Below are positions 1 through 9,063 of a DNA stretch of 64,000 bases, piece by piece; positions within the stretch are counted from its first letter, which is position 1; each line of letters starts with the position of its first letter. The notes below the pieces were generated by a model. The model did not search any database and was not told where the DNA came from. It saw nothing but the letters and a program-made list of their open reading frames with translations. The DNA is from Flavobacteriales bacterium (GTDB lineage Bacteria > Bacteroidota > Bacteroidia > Flavobacteriales_F > PHOS-HE28). The DNA is taken from NCBI GenBank assembly GCA_020852835.1, contig JADZAC010000058.1, forward strand, positions 10,743-74,742, given 5' to 3'. The position numbers were made by a program, and so were the translations under genes.

Positions 1-315
1 CTCGCTGAGGAAGGGCAGGTCGAAACGCAGCACATTGAACCCGCACAGGTCACCGCTGCTGAGCAGGTCGATGAGGTGGCGGGCGACCTGTTCCAACGCG
101 GGTGCATCGGCCACGTCCGCATCGGTGATGCCATGCACGGCCGAGGCTTCCGCCGGAATGGGGATCCCTGGGTTCACCAAGGTTTGCCATGAGTTGCGGC
201 TTCCGTCGGGCATCAACCGCACCACGGCCACTTGTACTATGCGGTCGTGGCCGATGCGGGTACCGGTGGTCTCCAGGTCGAAAACGGCCAATGGGCGCTG
301 CAGTTCGAGTTGCAT
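1..315 (-). CDS. 3'-5' exonuclease, DnaQ/epsilon-like DEDD family (N-terminal 105 codons; the gene runs off the left edge)
   Basis: Not in the ORF track because it has no stop in the window. My translation of the minus strand from ATG 315..313 gives MQLELQRPLAVFDLETTGTRIGHDRIVQVAVV...AVHGITDADV. This contains the Exo I motif FDLETTG and the HGI(T/S) region typical of epsilon-like exonucleases. Confidence 0.7.
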   Translation of the reverse strand, partial: MQLELQRPLAVFDLETTGTRIGHDRIVQVAVVRLMPDGSRNSWQTLVNPGIPIPAEASAVHGITDADVADAPALEQVARHLIDLLSSGDLCGFNVLRFDLPFLSE

Positions 316-342
316 AGGGGCAAGTTGGCCACAAAAAGGCCC

Positions 343-373
343 CCGTTGTTGCGGGGGCCTTTTCATTTTTTGA
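343..373 (-). terminator. Intrinsic terminator downstream of the 385..2577 gene (bidirectional shape)
   Basis: GGCCCCCG (348..355) pairs with CGGGGGCC (362..369) as an 8-bp GC stem with a 6-nt loop. It is flanked by AAAAA (343..347) and TTTT (370..373), so on the minus strand a T-run follows the stem, about 12 nt after the stop. Confidence 0.75.
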
Positions 374-384
374 ACGATCGTTGC

Positions 385-2577
385 TCACCGGGCCTTGAGC
401 TTCACGTACTGGAATTTGCCGTATTTGGCCGTGTCCTTGTAGTCCCCGCGGTATTTGGGTCCTTGTACCAGGTGGTTCACCGATACGAGCCGGAGCTTGG
501 CGGGATCCTTGCCGGCGGCCTTTATGGCATCGATCAACCGGGTGCTGGCCTCCTCCATGCGCAAGGTGCTCAGCTTGTCGTTGTTTCCGTAGGTACGGGT
601 TGGTACGTGGGAGGCGCTGCTCTCGATGGTGATGTCCACGGTGGCCTGCTGATCCACCAGGGCCAGCACCTTGGTCACGAAGTCCTTCCACTCAGCAGTG
701 CCAATATCGATGCCTTTCTCGTTGTATCCGTGGTATTTCACGAATTCCGCGGCATAGGATGCATCAGGCGTAACATGGTGTTCTCCCTGCTGCTGCCGTT
801 GCGCATCGGTCTTTGCCGGCGGTATTGTTGTTTCCTCCCCGGCTTGCACAACCCCGTCCTTTACCGGCACGCCAGGCTCCTTGCTTCCGGGCGGGGCGCC
901 TTCCGGCATGTCCACAATGCTGGCGGCACCGGCCAGGGCCACCGGGTTGAGGTAGACCTCCTTGTTGATCTCCTGGTAGGCGCTTTCGCACTCCACGAAG
1001 ATGTCTTCCGTGTGCACGGTCTTGTCATTCACACGGTAATCCAAGTTGTAGTTCTTGCAGGGGGCAAGGATGGCCACGTACACTCCGTCGCGCTGGCGGG
1101 GCTTGTAGCTTTTCACCTCGCCCGTGGCCTTGTCGGTAACATAGAGGATGGTGGAGGGTGAAAGTTTTTCACCCGGGGGCGGAATGATGAAGCCCTTGAG
1201 CACGGCGAGCCCTTCGGATTCCATTTCCTGCGGGAAATCCACGAAGTAGATGTCCTTTTCCCCGTAACCGCCCATTTTGTCGGAACTGAAATAACCGCGG
1301 CGCCCGTCGGCGGTGGTCACAAAGAATACGTCATCATCCACGGTGTTCAACGGGTAGCCGATGTTGAGGGGAGCGCTCCAGGAGCCGTCTGCCTGCTGCT
1401 CGGTGGTGAAGATGTCGAACCCGCCCATGCTGTTGTGGCCCGTGCTGGCGAAATACATGGTGCGGCCGTCGGGGTGGATGAACACGCCATCCTCCTCATA
1501 GGGGGTGTTGACGGTGGCACCCAGGTTCTGGGCCTTGCTCCATTCACCGTTGGGCAGCTTTACTACGCGGTAAATATCACGGCCACCGGATCCGCCCGGG
1601 CGGTTGCTCACGAAGTAGAAGGTGTTGCCGTCGGCGCTCAGGGCACCGTGCGTTTCCCAGGCCTTGGTATTGATGTCGCTGCCCATCTTCACGGGGTCGC
1701 TCCAGAGTTCACCCACCAGCTTGCTTTCATACAAGTTGCCGTCACCGTCATCATCCTTGTAGGTGATCAGGGTTTGGCCATCGGCCGAAACGTTCACGCT
1801 GGCGAGGTGGCCGAACGGCGGATTGATGTTGAGCAGTTCGGGCGCCTGCCATTTGCCATTGCGGTCCTTGTAGCTCACATAGATGTTCTCATACGGCAGC
1901 CCGGCAAGCGGGTCGAGCACGCCTTTGTTGGAGCTGTCCGGGCGGATGCGGCGGGAGGTGAAGAAGAGGGCATTGCCGTCCACGCTCACCACCGGGCTGA
2001 AATCCGGGTGGTCCGAATTGACCAATGGACCGATATTGCTCACTTGGTATTCCTTGGGTTCCGCTTGGAGCTTGCGGGCATTGGCGGTCTGTTCCAGGCC
2101 GCGGGTGGCCAACTGCTTGAAGTCGTTGCGCTGCGCGGCCCCGGCCAGGAATTTGCGGTAGCTGCTATCGGCCCGGTCGAACTCGTTGTTGAGGTGGTAG
2201 GCCCGGCCCAGCCAGTAGTCCACCTCTACCGGGGCATTTCGTTCCTTGGGGTCGAAGGGGTCGTAGCCCGAGGTGTTCACCCCTCCATAGCGGTTGCTGC
2301 GCTTGGCGGCAGCGGTTTGCAGAAAAGGCAGGGCCTTGGCCTTCGCATTGTACGAAAGCATGTAGGCTTGGCCCGTTTTCCAGTTGAGGTTGGCGTTGTC
2401 GGGGTCCCGTTCCACCAGTGCTTTCCATGTTTCGGCCGCCTGTCCGTAGAGCTTTTCCTCCATCAGACGGCTGGCTTCATCGAAGGTGGCGACATGCACG
2501 GGCTCCTGGGCCATCAGGGCAGTTGCGCCCATCAGGAGCTGGATGGCGATAGCGGTTAGTTGTAAGGGTCGGATCAT
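385..2577 (-). CDS. Secreted TPR + TolB-like PD40 repeat envelope protein with a degenerate OmpA-like C-terminal domain
   Basis: ORF 385..2733 trimmed to ATG 2577, giving the signal peptide MIRPLQLTAIAIQLLMGATALMAQEP. PD40-type repeats are present (DGNALFFTSRR, DGNTFYFVSNRPGGSGGRDIYR, DGRTMYFAS, DGRRGYFSSDKMGGYGEKDIYF). The C-terminus NNDKLSTLRMEEASTRLIDAIKAAG resembles the OmpA N..LS..RA motif. Confidence 0.8.
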   Translation of the reverse strand: MIRPLQLTAIAIQLLMGATALMAQEPVHVATFDEASRLMEEKLYGQAAETWKALVERDPDNANLNWKTGQAYMLSYNAKAKALPFLQTAAAKRSNRYGGVNTSGYDPFDPKERNAPVEVDYWLGRAYHLNNEFDRADSSYRKFLAGAAQRNDFKQLATRGLEQTANARKLQAEPKEYQVSNIGPLVNSDHPDFSPVVSVDGNALFFTSRRIRPDSSNKGVLDPLAGLPYENIYVSYKDRNGKWQAPELLNINPPFGHLASVNVSADGQTLITYKDDDGDGNLYESKLVGELWSDPVKMGSDINTKAWETHGALSADGNTFYFVSNRPGGSGGRDIYRVVKLPNGEWSKAQNLGATVNTPYEEDGVFIHPDGRTMYFASTGHNSMGGFDIFTTEQQADGSWSAPLNIGYPLNTVDDDVFFVTTADGRRGYFSSDKMGGYGEKDIYFVDFPQEMESEGLAVLKGFIIPPPGEKLSPSTILYVTDKATGEVKSYKPRQRDGVYVAILAPCKNYNLDYRVNDKTVHTEDIFVECESAYQEINKEVYLNPVALAGAASIVDMPEGAPPGSKEPGVPVKDGVVQAGEETTIPPAKTDAQRQQQGEHHVTPDASYAAEFVKYHGYNEKGIDIGTAEWKDFVTKVLALVDQQATVDITIESSASHVPTRTYGNNDKLSTLRMEEASTRLIDAIKAAGKDPAKLRLVSVNHLVQGPKYRGDYKDTAKYGKFQYVKLKAR

Positions 2578-2656
2578 GGGTATGGATAGTTCGCCGTTGG
2601 CGCTGGGTGTGGATCGCGGCGGTGCAATGTAGCTTTTGCGGTGAAGGGATGGCCGG

Positions 2657-4009
2657 TCAGATCTCGGTATCGATCGGCCACGCTTCCAGGATGTCGGCCA
2701 CGCGCCGCACGAACTTTCCGCCAAGCGCACCATCCACCACGCGATGGTCGTAACTGTGGCTCAAGTACATCATGTGGCGTATGGCGATCACATCGCCGGC
2801 CTCGGTTTCCAGCACGGCGGGTTTTTTACGGATGGCACCGGCCGCCATGATGGCCACCTGCGGCTGGTTGATGATGGGGGTTCCCAGCACGTTGCCGAAG
2901 GTGCCCACATTGGTCAGCGTGTAAGTACCGCCGCTGATCTCGTCCGCACTGAGCTTGTTCTGCCGGGCGCGGTTGGCCAGGTCGTTCACCGTTTTGGTCA
3001 AGCCCACCAGGTTGAGGCGGTCGGCGTTGCGCACCACCGGCACGATGAGGTTGCCCGAAGGCAGGGCGGCGGCCATGCCGATGTTGATGTCCTTCTTCTT
3101 GATGATCTTGTCTCCTTGCACCTGCACGTTGATCAAGGGCATTTCCCTGATCGCCTGGGCCAGGGCCATGATAAAGACCGGTGTAAAGGTGATCTTCTCG
3201 CCTTCCCGCTTTTCAAATGCAGCCTTCACCTTGTTGCGCCACAGCACCAAGTTGGTCACATCCGCCTCCACAAAGCTGGTTACATGCGGGCTGGTGCGTT
3301 TGCTCATTACCATGTGCTCGGCAATGAGCTTGCGCATGCGGTCCATTTCGATCAGCTCATCCCCTGGGGCCAGCTTGATCTCGGCCGGAGCAGCAGGAGC
3401 GGCAACTGCCGGTTTGGGCCCGGGTGCCGCAGCCGGTGCTTGTGCCGGTGGCGCCACCTGCAGATCGGCCACAGGTTGTGGCCGGGTGCCATCGCCCCTT
3501 CGCGGCAGGTAGGCCAACAGGTCTTGTTTGGTTACGCGGCCGCCTTGGCCACTGCCTTCCAGGGCTTCCAATTCGGCCATGGTCACGCCTTCGCGCTGTG
3601 CAATGGTGCGCACCAAGGGGCTGTAGAATTTGCCGCCCGGCCCGGTGCGTGCCACGGGTTCTTCCGCTTGTGCAGCCCGTGCCGCAGGGGCTGCCGCTGC
3701 GGCTTGGGTGCGCGGGGCGGCAGCAGGTGCCGGGGAAACTGCCGGCGCGGGCTGTGCGGAAGCACCAGCGGCCGTGCCGAGCAAGGCAATGGGCTGGCCT
3801 ACTTGCACGACATCATGCTCTTGTACCAAGCGCTTGAGCAACACACCGTCTTGCGGGGCAGGTACTTCGCTGTCCACCTTGTCCGTGGCGATCTCCACCA
3901 AGGGTTCATCCGCCTGTACGCGCTCTCCTTCGTTCTTCAACCACTTGATGATGGTGGCTTCCGCCACGCTTTCGCCCATCTTGGGCAGGAGGATCTCGAT
4001 CTGTGACAT
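2657..4009 (-). CDS. 2-oxoacid dehydrogenase complex E2 component (dihydrolipoyl acyltransferase), substrate class not resolved
   Basis: ORF trimmed to ATG 4009 (MSQIEILLPKMGESVAEATIIKWL...). It has the lipoyl attachment motif EIATDKV, an Ala/Pro linker, an E3-binding segment (SPLVRTIAQREGV...GSGQGGRVTKQDLL) and the catalytic motif SYDHRVVDGA. Confidence 0.9.
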   Translation of the reverse strand: MSQIEILLPKMGESVAEATIIKWLKNEGERVQADEPLVEIATDKVDSEVPAPQDGVLLKRLVQEHDVVQVGQPIALLGTAAGASAQPAPAVSPAPAAAPRTQAAAAAPAARAAQAEEPVARTGPGGKFYSPLVRTIAQREGVTMAELEALEGSGQGGRVTKQDLLAYLPRRGDGTRPQPVADLQVAPPAQAPAAAPGPKPAVAAPAAPAEIKLAPGDELIEMDRMRKLIAEHMVMSKRTSPHVTSFVEADVTNLVLWRNKVKAAFEKREGEKITFTPVFIMALAQAIREMPLINVQVQGDKIIKKKDINIGMAAALPSGNLIVPVVRNADRLNLVGLTKTVNDLANRARQNKLSADEISGGTYTLTNVGTFGNVLGTPIINQPQVAIMAAGAIRKKPAVLETEAGDVIAIRHMMYLSHSYDHRVVDGALGGKFVRRVADILEAWPIDTEI

Positions 4010-4107
4010 TCGGTAGGCTTCAGGGCGGGGTTGCCCATGGGCTGCGAAGTTATCCGCCCAAAGGGAACGACCATGCACCGGTGGAAATACCTGGGGTGGA
4101 CCGGTGG

Positions 4108-6018
4108 TCAATTGGCAGCCACCAGGTTGCCCAAGGTGCGGTACTGCTGCACCACCTGCCAGAAGTCGTTCCAGGCACTGTAGTCCTTGGCGTACTCCAG
4201 GTCCGCGCGCTGCACTCCGGTACTCCCCTGCACAGCCCGCAAGGCATTGGAGGGCCTGATCACGCCCGGCCGGATCTTTGGCAACCTGCGGTCGGGCGCG
4301 GTGGCCGCGTAGCCCACCCAGGTCCGTTTCCCGCCAAGCACGCCGAAACAGTTGCGCACCGCTCCCCCTTTGTCCTGGATGAACCAAATGCCCAAGGGCA
4401 ACGTTGCCAGCAACAGCAGACTGAGCACCACGTCCAAGGTTCTGCGGCGGCGCAAGGAGGCTGAACTGTTCACGGCATGGCCGGGGAGCACCAGCAGGTC
4501 GCGCAGGCTTTCGGTGGTGCCTGGCCCGATGATGAAGGCTGCGTTGGGCTGTGAGATCTTGAAGACCACCCCGGTGGAGCGCAGTTGTTCGAGCAGCCCG
4601 ATGACGTGGCGCATGGACATGTCCTTGGCGCAAAACACCACTTCATCCACATGTTCCTTGCTGATGGCTGCCTGCAAGGCTTGGACACCGTCAGCGGCCA
4701 TGGCCACCTCCGGTTCCATGGTCACCTCCTTTTTCAAGCCGAAATGGGTTTGCCACAACAAGCCCAAGGCCAGCTTCGATTCGCGCTGCGAGCCCACCAC
4801 CAGCACCGTGGCCGGTTCGGGCGCCATCGGTGTGCTTTGGTTGCCGCGCAGGGCACGCACCACCACCCGGGGCAACAGCAGCGCGGCCATGGCCATGGCC
4901 AAGAGCTGCAGCATGGCCAGCGGACCGCCTGGTGTCCATCCTTGGGCCAGCAGCACTACCAGGAGCAATGCCCCGAAACCTTTGGGAATGTTCCACAGGT
5001 TCAAGGGGCGGTCGTAGGCGCCGAAGGCCGCCAGGATGGCCAGCACGCCTCCGCAATAAAGGAGCACCTCCATGCGGGAATCAACCGGCAAGCCCGTTTC
5101 CTGCGCCATCCAGCTGAAGCTGGCGAACAACAGGGCAAGGTCGACCAAGGGCAAAAGGGCACCGCGGAGGAAGCGCATGACAATGGCTGCTGCCGCACTG
5201 AGGTAGATCGCGCCGCGGATCAGGGCGGAAAAGAACTGCGGGCGCCTCCGCGTAAAGTGCTTGCGGGCGAAGATGACCATGGCATTGTAGAACACGATCA
5301 CGTAGTTCACGCTGCTCTTCTTGGTGCTCTCGCCCTTGTAGTGGATGATCGGGGCATCGGGGAAATACCAGTTCTCATAGCCGCCCAAGCGGATCCGGTA
5401 GCTCAGGTCGATGTCCTCGCCGTACATGAAAAAGCTCTCATCCAACAGGCCCACTTGGTCCAATACCGATCTGCGCAGGAACATGCAGGCTCCGGAGAGG
5501 ATCTCGATGGGGGCGCTCTCATTCTCGGGCAGATGGCCCAAGTGATAGCGCCCGAAGCGCTTGCTGCGCGGGAACACGCGGGAGAGGCCGATGATCTTGT
5601 AGAATGCCACGGTGGGCGTGGGCAGGCCCCGTTTGCTCTCCGGCAGGAACCTGCCGGTGCCATCGATCATCTTCACGCCCAGGCCGCCGGCCGTGGGGTT
5701 CGCGTCCAAAAAGGCGATCACCTTGCGGAACACGTCCTCGCCCACGACCGTATCCGGATTGAGCAGCAGCACATACTCCCCCACACACTCCTTGATGGCC
5801 TGGTTGTTGGCCCGGCTGAACCCCATGTTGACCGAGTTGGCCATGAGCCGCACTCCGGGAAACAGGCGGGCCACCATTTCCACGCTGCCGTCGGTGCTTT
5901 GGTTGTCCACCACGAACACCTCCCCGTCAAGGCCCTTCAATGCTTCCTGCACCGAACGCAGGCACTGCTCCAGGTAGGCCTTCACGTTGTAGTTGACGAT
6001 GACGATGCTGAGCTTCAT
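4108..6018 (-). CDS. Family 2 glycosyltransferase fused to a multi-TM region and a C-terminal sugar-transferase-like segment
   Basis: The N-terminus MKLSIVIVNYNVKAYLEQCL...VVDNQSTDGS...YGEDIDLS is a GT2 signature. A hydrophobic central region follows, then VLVVGSQRES...RRRRTLDVVLSLLLLATLPLGIWF. Confidence 0.8.
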   Translation of the reverse strand: MKLSIVIVNYNVKAYLEQCLRSVQEALKGLDGEVFVVDNQSTDGSVEMVARLFPGVRLMANSVNMGFSRANNQAIKECVGEYVLLLNPDTVVGEDVFRKVIAFLDANPTAGGLGVKMIDGTGRFLPESKRGLPTPTVAFYKIIGLSRVFPRSKRFGRYHLGHLPENESAPIEILSGACMFLRRSVLDQVGLLDESFFMYGEDIDLSYRIRLGGYENWYFPDAPIIHYKGESTKKSSVNYVIVFYNAMVIFARKHFTRRRPQFFSALIRGAIYLSAAAAIVMRFLRGALLPLVDLALLFASFSWMAQETGLPVDSRMEVLLYCGGVLAILAAFGAYDRPLNLWNIPKGFGALLLVVLLAQGWTPGGPLAMLQLLAMAMAALLLPRVVVRALRGNQSTPMAPEPATVLVVGSQRESKLALGLLWQTHFGLKKEVTMEPEVAMAADGVQALQAAISKEHVDEVVFCAKDMSMRHVIGLLEQLRSTGVVFKISQPNAAFIIGPGTTESLRDLLVLPGHAVNSSASLRRRRTLDVVLSLLLLATLPLGIWFIQDKGGAVRNCFGVLGGKRTWVGYAATAPDRRLPKIRPGVIRPSNALRAVQGSTGVQRADLEYAKDYSAWNDFWQVVQQYRTLGNLVAAN

Positions 6019-6071
6019 GGAAAGGAGAATGACCGGCAGAGGTGCTGCAGTTGCGGGGTTCAGGCTTGCCG

Positions 6072-6689
6072 CTACTGCCCCATGGCGTGTTGATAGGGTT
6101 TGCGCTCCAAAATGCTGCGCCCCAAGGTGGCTTCATCCACCTGGTCCAAGTCGCCGCCAATACTGATGCCGCGTGCGATCATGGTAACGACGGCCCCTTT
6201 GCCGGACAATTTGCGATGCAGGTAGAAGCTGGTGGTATCCCCTTCCAAGGTGGCGCCCAACGCCAACACCACTTCCCGCACATCACCCTGGTCCAGGCGT
6301 TGCATCAGCTCGGCAGTGTGCAGGTCATCCGGCCCCACACCGTCCATGGGGCTGATCACCCCGCCCAGAACATGGTAAAGCCCTTTGAACTGGAGGGTAT
6401 TCTCAATGGCGATCACATCCCGGATGTCCTCCACCACGCAGATCAATGACCGTTCGCGGCGTGGGTCGGCACAAATGCTGCACAAAGGGCTGTCGCTGAT
6501 GTTGCAGCATTCGCGGCAATACATCACCTCTTCGCGCAGCCGCCGCACGGCCTCGCTGAACCGGGCCACTTCATGCACCTCCCGGCGCAGCAGGTCCAAG
6601 GCCAGGCGCATGGCCGTGCGCCTTCCTATGCCCGGCAACGTGGCCAACTGGTCCACGGCTTGCTCAAGGAGGGCGGAACTGAGGGCCAT
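6072..6689 (-). CDS. recR: Recombination protein RecR
   Basis: ALLEQAVDQLATLPGIGRRTAMRLALDLL (HhH), a C4 zinc finger CRECCNISDSPLCSIC and a Toprim segment ICVVEDIRDVIAIE. ATG 6689 is preferred over the alternative start at 6704. Confidence 0.93.
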   Translation of the reverse strand: MALSSALLEQAVDQLATLPGIGRRTAMRLALDLLRREVHEVARFSEAVRRLREEVMYCRECCNISDSPLCSICADPRRERSLICVVEDIRDVIAIENTLQFKGLYHVLGGVISPMDGVGPDDLHTAELMQRLDQGDVREVVLALGATLEGDTTSFYLHRKLSGKGAVVTMIARGISIGGDLDQVDEATLGRSILERKPYQHAMGQ

Positions 6690-6718
6690 GGCGCAAAGAT
6701 GCAACTTGCGGCCGCCTA

Positions 6719-6880
6719 AGAGCCTGTTCGGGATTTCGTGAACGAAGAACTCCGAGGCTATTTTTCGCTCAGGCGCAGCCGGAAAATCATTGCGTAGTAG
6801 TGGCTACGGGATCTTTTTCCGGCGAAGCATGGGCGGAAAAGAGACCGGAGGACGAGTTCAAAGAAATCCTGAACAGCTCT
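6719..6880 (+). other. 162-nt extended imperfect palindrome (rod-like hairpin): candidate small RNA or MITE/REP-like element
   Basis: Outer arms 6719..6737 and 6863..6880 pair over 18 bp with 1 bulge. There are three inner helices: 6758..6768/6833..6843 (10 of 11), a perfect GCCGGAAAA/TTTTCCGGC pair at 6778..6786/6815..6823, and an apical CGTAG/CTACG pair at 6793..6797/6804..6808 with a 6-nt loop. Three G.U pairs exist only if the + strand is the RNA. No ORF is present. Confidence 0.5.
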
Positions 6881-7640
6881 ATAGGTCCACCTTCAATCCA
6901 TCGTAGGCCAACGCTACTCCGGCGGGAAGTTGCACCTCGCCATGGCGCCCCATCAGGTGGCTGATGTGGGTGAAGTAGGCCTGTGCCGGGGCGAGTTCCT
7001 CCACCAGCGCCAAGGCTTCCGCCACGTTGAAATGGGAATAGTGCGGCTTCATGCGCAAGGCGTTCACCACCAGCACATCCAGCCCCCTGAGCTTGTCCCG
7101 TTCGTTGGGGGCAATGAACTTGGCATCGGTGATGTAGGCGAGCTTGCCGATGCGAAAGGCCTTCACGGGCAAATTGTGGTGCATCACTTCCACGGGCACC
7201 ACCTCCACCCCATCCACCCTGAAGGGCCGATCACCGATGGTGTGCAAGTTGAACTGTGGCAGGCCCGGGTAGGTATGGTTGGAAAAGGCATAGGCGTATA
7301 CCCGCTGCACTGCGCCCAAAGTGCGTTCGTCGGCGTAGACCGGCACGGCTCGTGGCGGATCGTGCGCAAAACTGAACGCCCGCAGGTCATCCATGCCGGA
7401 GATGTGGTCCATGTGCTCGTGGGTGAGCAGCACCGCGCCCAGCTCGCCTACCCCTTCCCGCAGCATCTGTTGCCGCAGGTCCGGCCCTGCATCGATCAGC
7501 AGGCGGGCACCTTTATGTTCGAGCAGCACGGCGGAACGGGTACGGTGATCACGCGGGTCGCGGCTTTGGCACACCACACACCGGCATCCGATCACCGGAA
7601 TGCCTTGGCTGGTGCCAGTACCCAGGAATGTGAGCTGCAC
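6879..7640 (-). CDS. MBL-fold metallo-hydrolase (PhnP-like)
   Basis: LTFLGTGTSQGIPVIGCRCVVCQS and the HxHxDH motif LTHEHMDH. The internal GTG at 7640 gives the family-typical N-terminus (M)QLTFLGTG and about 253 aa. The track start at 7703 is also GTG and remains possible. Confidence 0.8.
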   Translation of the reverse strand: MQLTFLGTGTSQGIPVIGCRCVVCQSRDPRDHRTRSAVLLEHKGARLLIDAGPDLRQQMLREGVGELGAVLLTHEHMDHISGMDDLRAFSFAHDPPRAVPVYADERTLGAVQRVYAYAFSNHTYPGLPQFNLHTIGDRPFRVDGVEVVPVEVMHHNLPVKAFRIGKLAYITDAKFIAPNERDKLRGLDVLVVNALRMKPHYSHFNVAEALALVEELAPAQAYFTHISHLMGRHGEVQLPAGVALAYDGLKVDL

Positions 7641-7716
7641 AATGGTTCGGGTTTGCCGGGCGAATGTAGCGTAGGCCGTTTGCCGCACGGGGCCGGCCTG
7701 CACCTTGGAACGCCTC

Positions 7717-8793
7717 TTATTGTGGTCCTTGCCTTTCGCGGATCTTGATGCGCACGCCCTTGGCCTCCAACCGGTTCAGCGCTTCGGTGGCCAGTACATG
7801 ATCCGGACGCAGGCTAAGGGCGATCTGGTAATTGGCGGCAGCACTGTCCAACTCCTGGATGCGCTCCATGACCAGGCCGCGGTTGTACCATGCATCTGCG
7901 TAGCCGGGCTCCAAGCGGATGGCTTCGCTGAAATCATGGCTCGCGCCGGCCAGGTCCTTCATGTGCTCCATGCGGATGTATCCGCTGTTGTACCAAGCGA
8001 GCGCGTTGCGTGGGTCGAGTTCCATGATCTGCTTGTAGCACTCCAGCGCCAAGCTGTCCTGCCCTGCATCCTGGTGGTACATGCCCTTGTTGTACCACGC
8101 TTCCACGCTGCGCGGCTTCAAGGCTATGGCCGTGGCATAATACTGTTCGGCCAACGGGTCGTGCCGGGCAGCACTGATCTTCCCCAACATGATGTAGGCG
8201 GAATAGTCCTGTGGGTCCTGCTCCACCGCAGTGCGGAAGCTGCTCAGTGCCAAAGCGCTATCACCGGTCTCCATGTGGATCCATCCCTTGAGGAAATAGC
8301 CGTGGGCGGCATGGGGGTCTTTGCGGAGCGCGTCGTTCACCATGGTCATGCTGCGCTGGTAATTGCGCAGTACCAGTTGGATCTCCGCCTGTTTGAGCAT
8401 CGCGGATGTATTGGAAGGATCCACCCGTGCGGCGCGTATGAATGCGTCATTTGCCCGCTCCACCTGCACGGTGCGATAGTACAGATCGCCCAAGGCCAAA
8501 TGGTACTGCACCTGGGTACTGTCCAGGTCTACCGCCCGTTCCAGGTCACGCTGGGCAGCCATCAGGCTGTCCACGGTGAGGTATAGCCGGGCCCGTTGCT
8601 CATAGAGCGCGGCCTTGTTGGGCGCCTCCACGATCAAGGCATTCAAGGAATCAAGGGAGGCCAGGAACGGATCGGCCGCACCCGGACCTGCAGGTGCGGG
8701 CGTGTTGGTGCCACCGCAGGCACACCACAGGATTCCGAGAGGAAGCACCCACCAAGCCCTTGCGTACTTGGAGCGTTGAAGAAGAAGCACCAT
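7717..8793 (-). CDS. TPR-repeat lipoprotein
   Basis: Trimmed to ATG 8793 (MVLLLQRSKYARAWWVLPLGILWCACGG, a signal plus lipobox-like Cys). It has many 34-aa TPR units (ALYEQRARLY, AWYNKGMYHQ, AWYNSGYIRM, AWYNRGLVME). Confidence 0.8.
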   Translation of the reverse strand: MVLLLQRSKYARAWWVLPLGILWCACGGTNTPAPAGPGAADPFLASLDSLNALIVEAPNKAALYEQRARLYLTVDSLMAAQRDLERAVDLDSTQVQYHLALGDLYYRTVQVERANDAFIRAARVDPSNTSAMLKQAEIQLVLRNYQRSMTMVNDALRKDPHAAHGYFLKGWIHMETGDSALALSSFRTAVEQDPQDYSAYIMLGKISAARHDPLAEQYYATAIALKPRSVEAWYNKGMYHQDAGQDSLALECYKQIMELDPRNALAWYNSGYIRMEHMKDLAGASHDFSEAIRLEPGYADAWYNRGLVMERIQELDSAAANYQIALSLRPDHVLATEALNRLEAKGVRIKIRERQGPQ

Positions 8794-8843
8794 GATCGAT
8801 CGTGTGCCGGCACCACCATGTATCCGGTGATTCGGGCAGGCCC

Positions 8844-8877
8844 CAAAAGTAACCGTACACCAAGGTGCAGCACACAA
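8844..8877 (-). promoter_or_regulatory. Candidate Bacteroidota sigma-A promoter for the TPR gene
   Basis: On the minus strand, TTG (8877..8875), a 23-nt spacer, then TACTTTTG (8851..8844). The box lies about 50 nt upstream of ATG 8793. Confidence 0.35.
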
Positions 8878-9063
8878 CCGCACCAAGTGATCACTTCCCA
8901 AGGTGCATCCAACCAATCGGGATCAATGCACTCCGGGGATCGCACACCGACCACTCCGTGCCAAGGATGGCCGGTGGTATACGTTCAGACCACCGCACGA
9001 TGGCAAAGGACACCGACCCCTCCGATCCGCCCAAGGCGGAATGCCAAGGGCGATCCGGAAAGG

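Noticed and set aside
50-691. A 213-aa minus-strand ORF and the 35..373 + ORF at the left edge.
   Set aside because: A different minus frame (1..315) encodes an obvious DEDD exonuclease N-terminus. The terminator hairpin at 343..373 lies inside these ORFs. Their composition is shadow-like.
8917-9063. A hairpin-like CCGATCCGCCC...GGGCGATCCGG downstream of recA, considered as a terminator.
   Set aside because: It has only 3+5 bp interrupted by a 3-nt mismatch and no T-run, so support is too weak to annotate.
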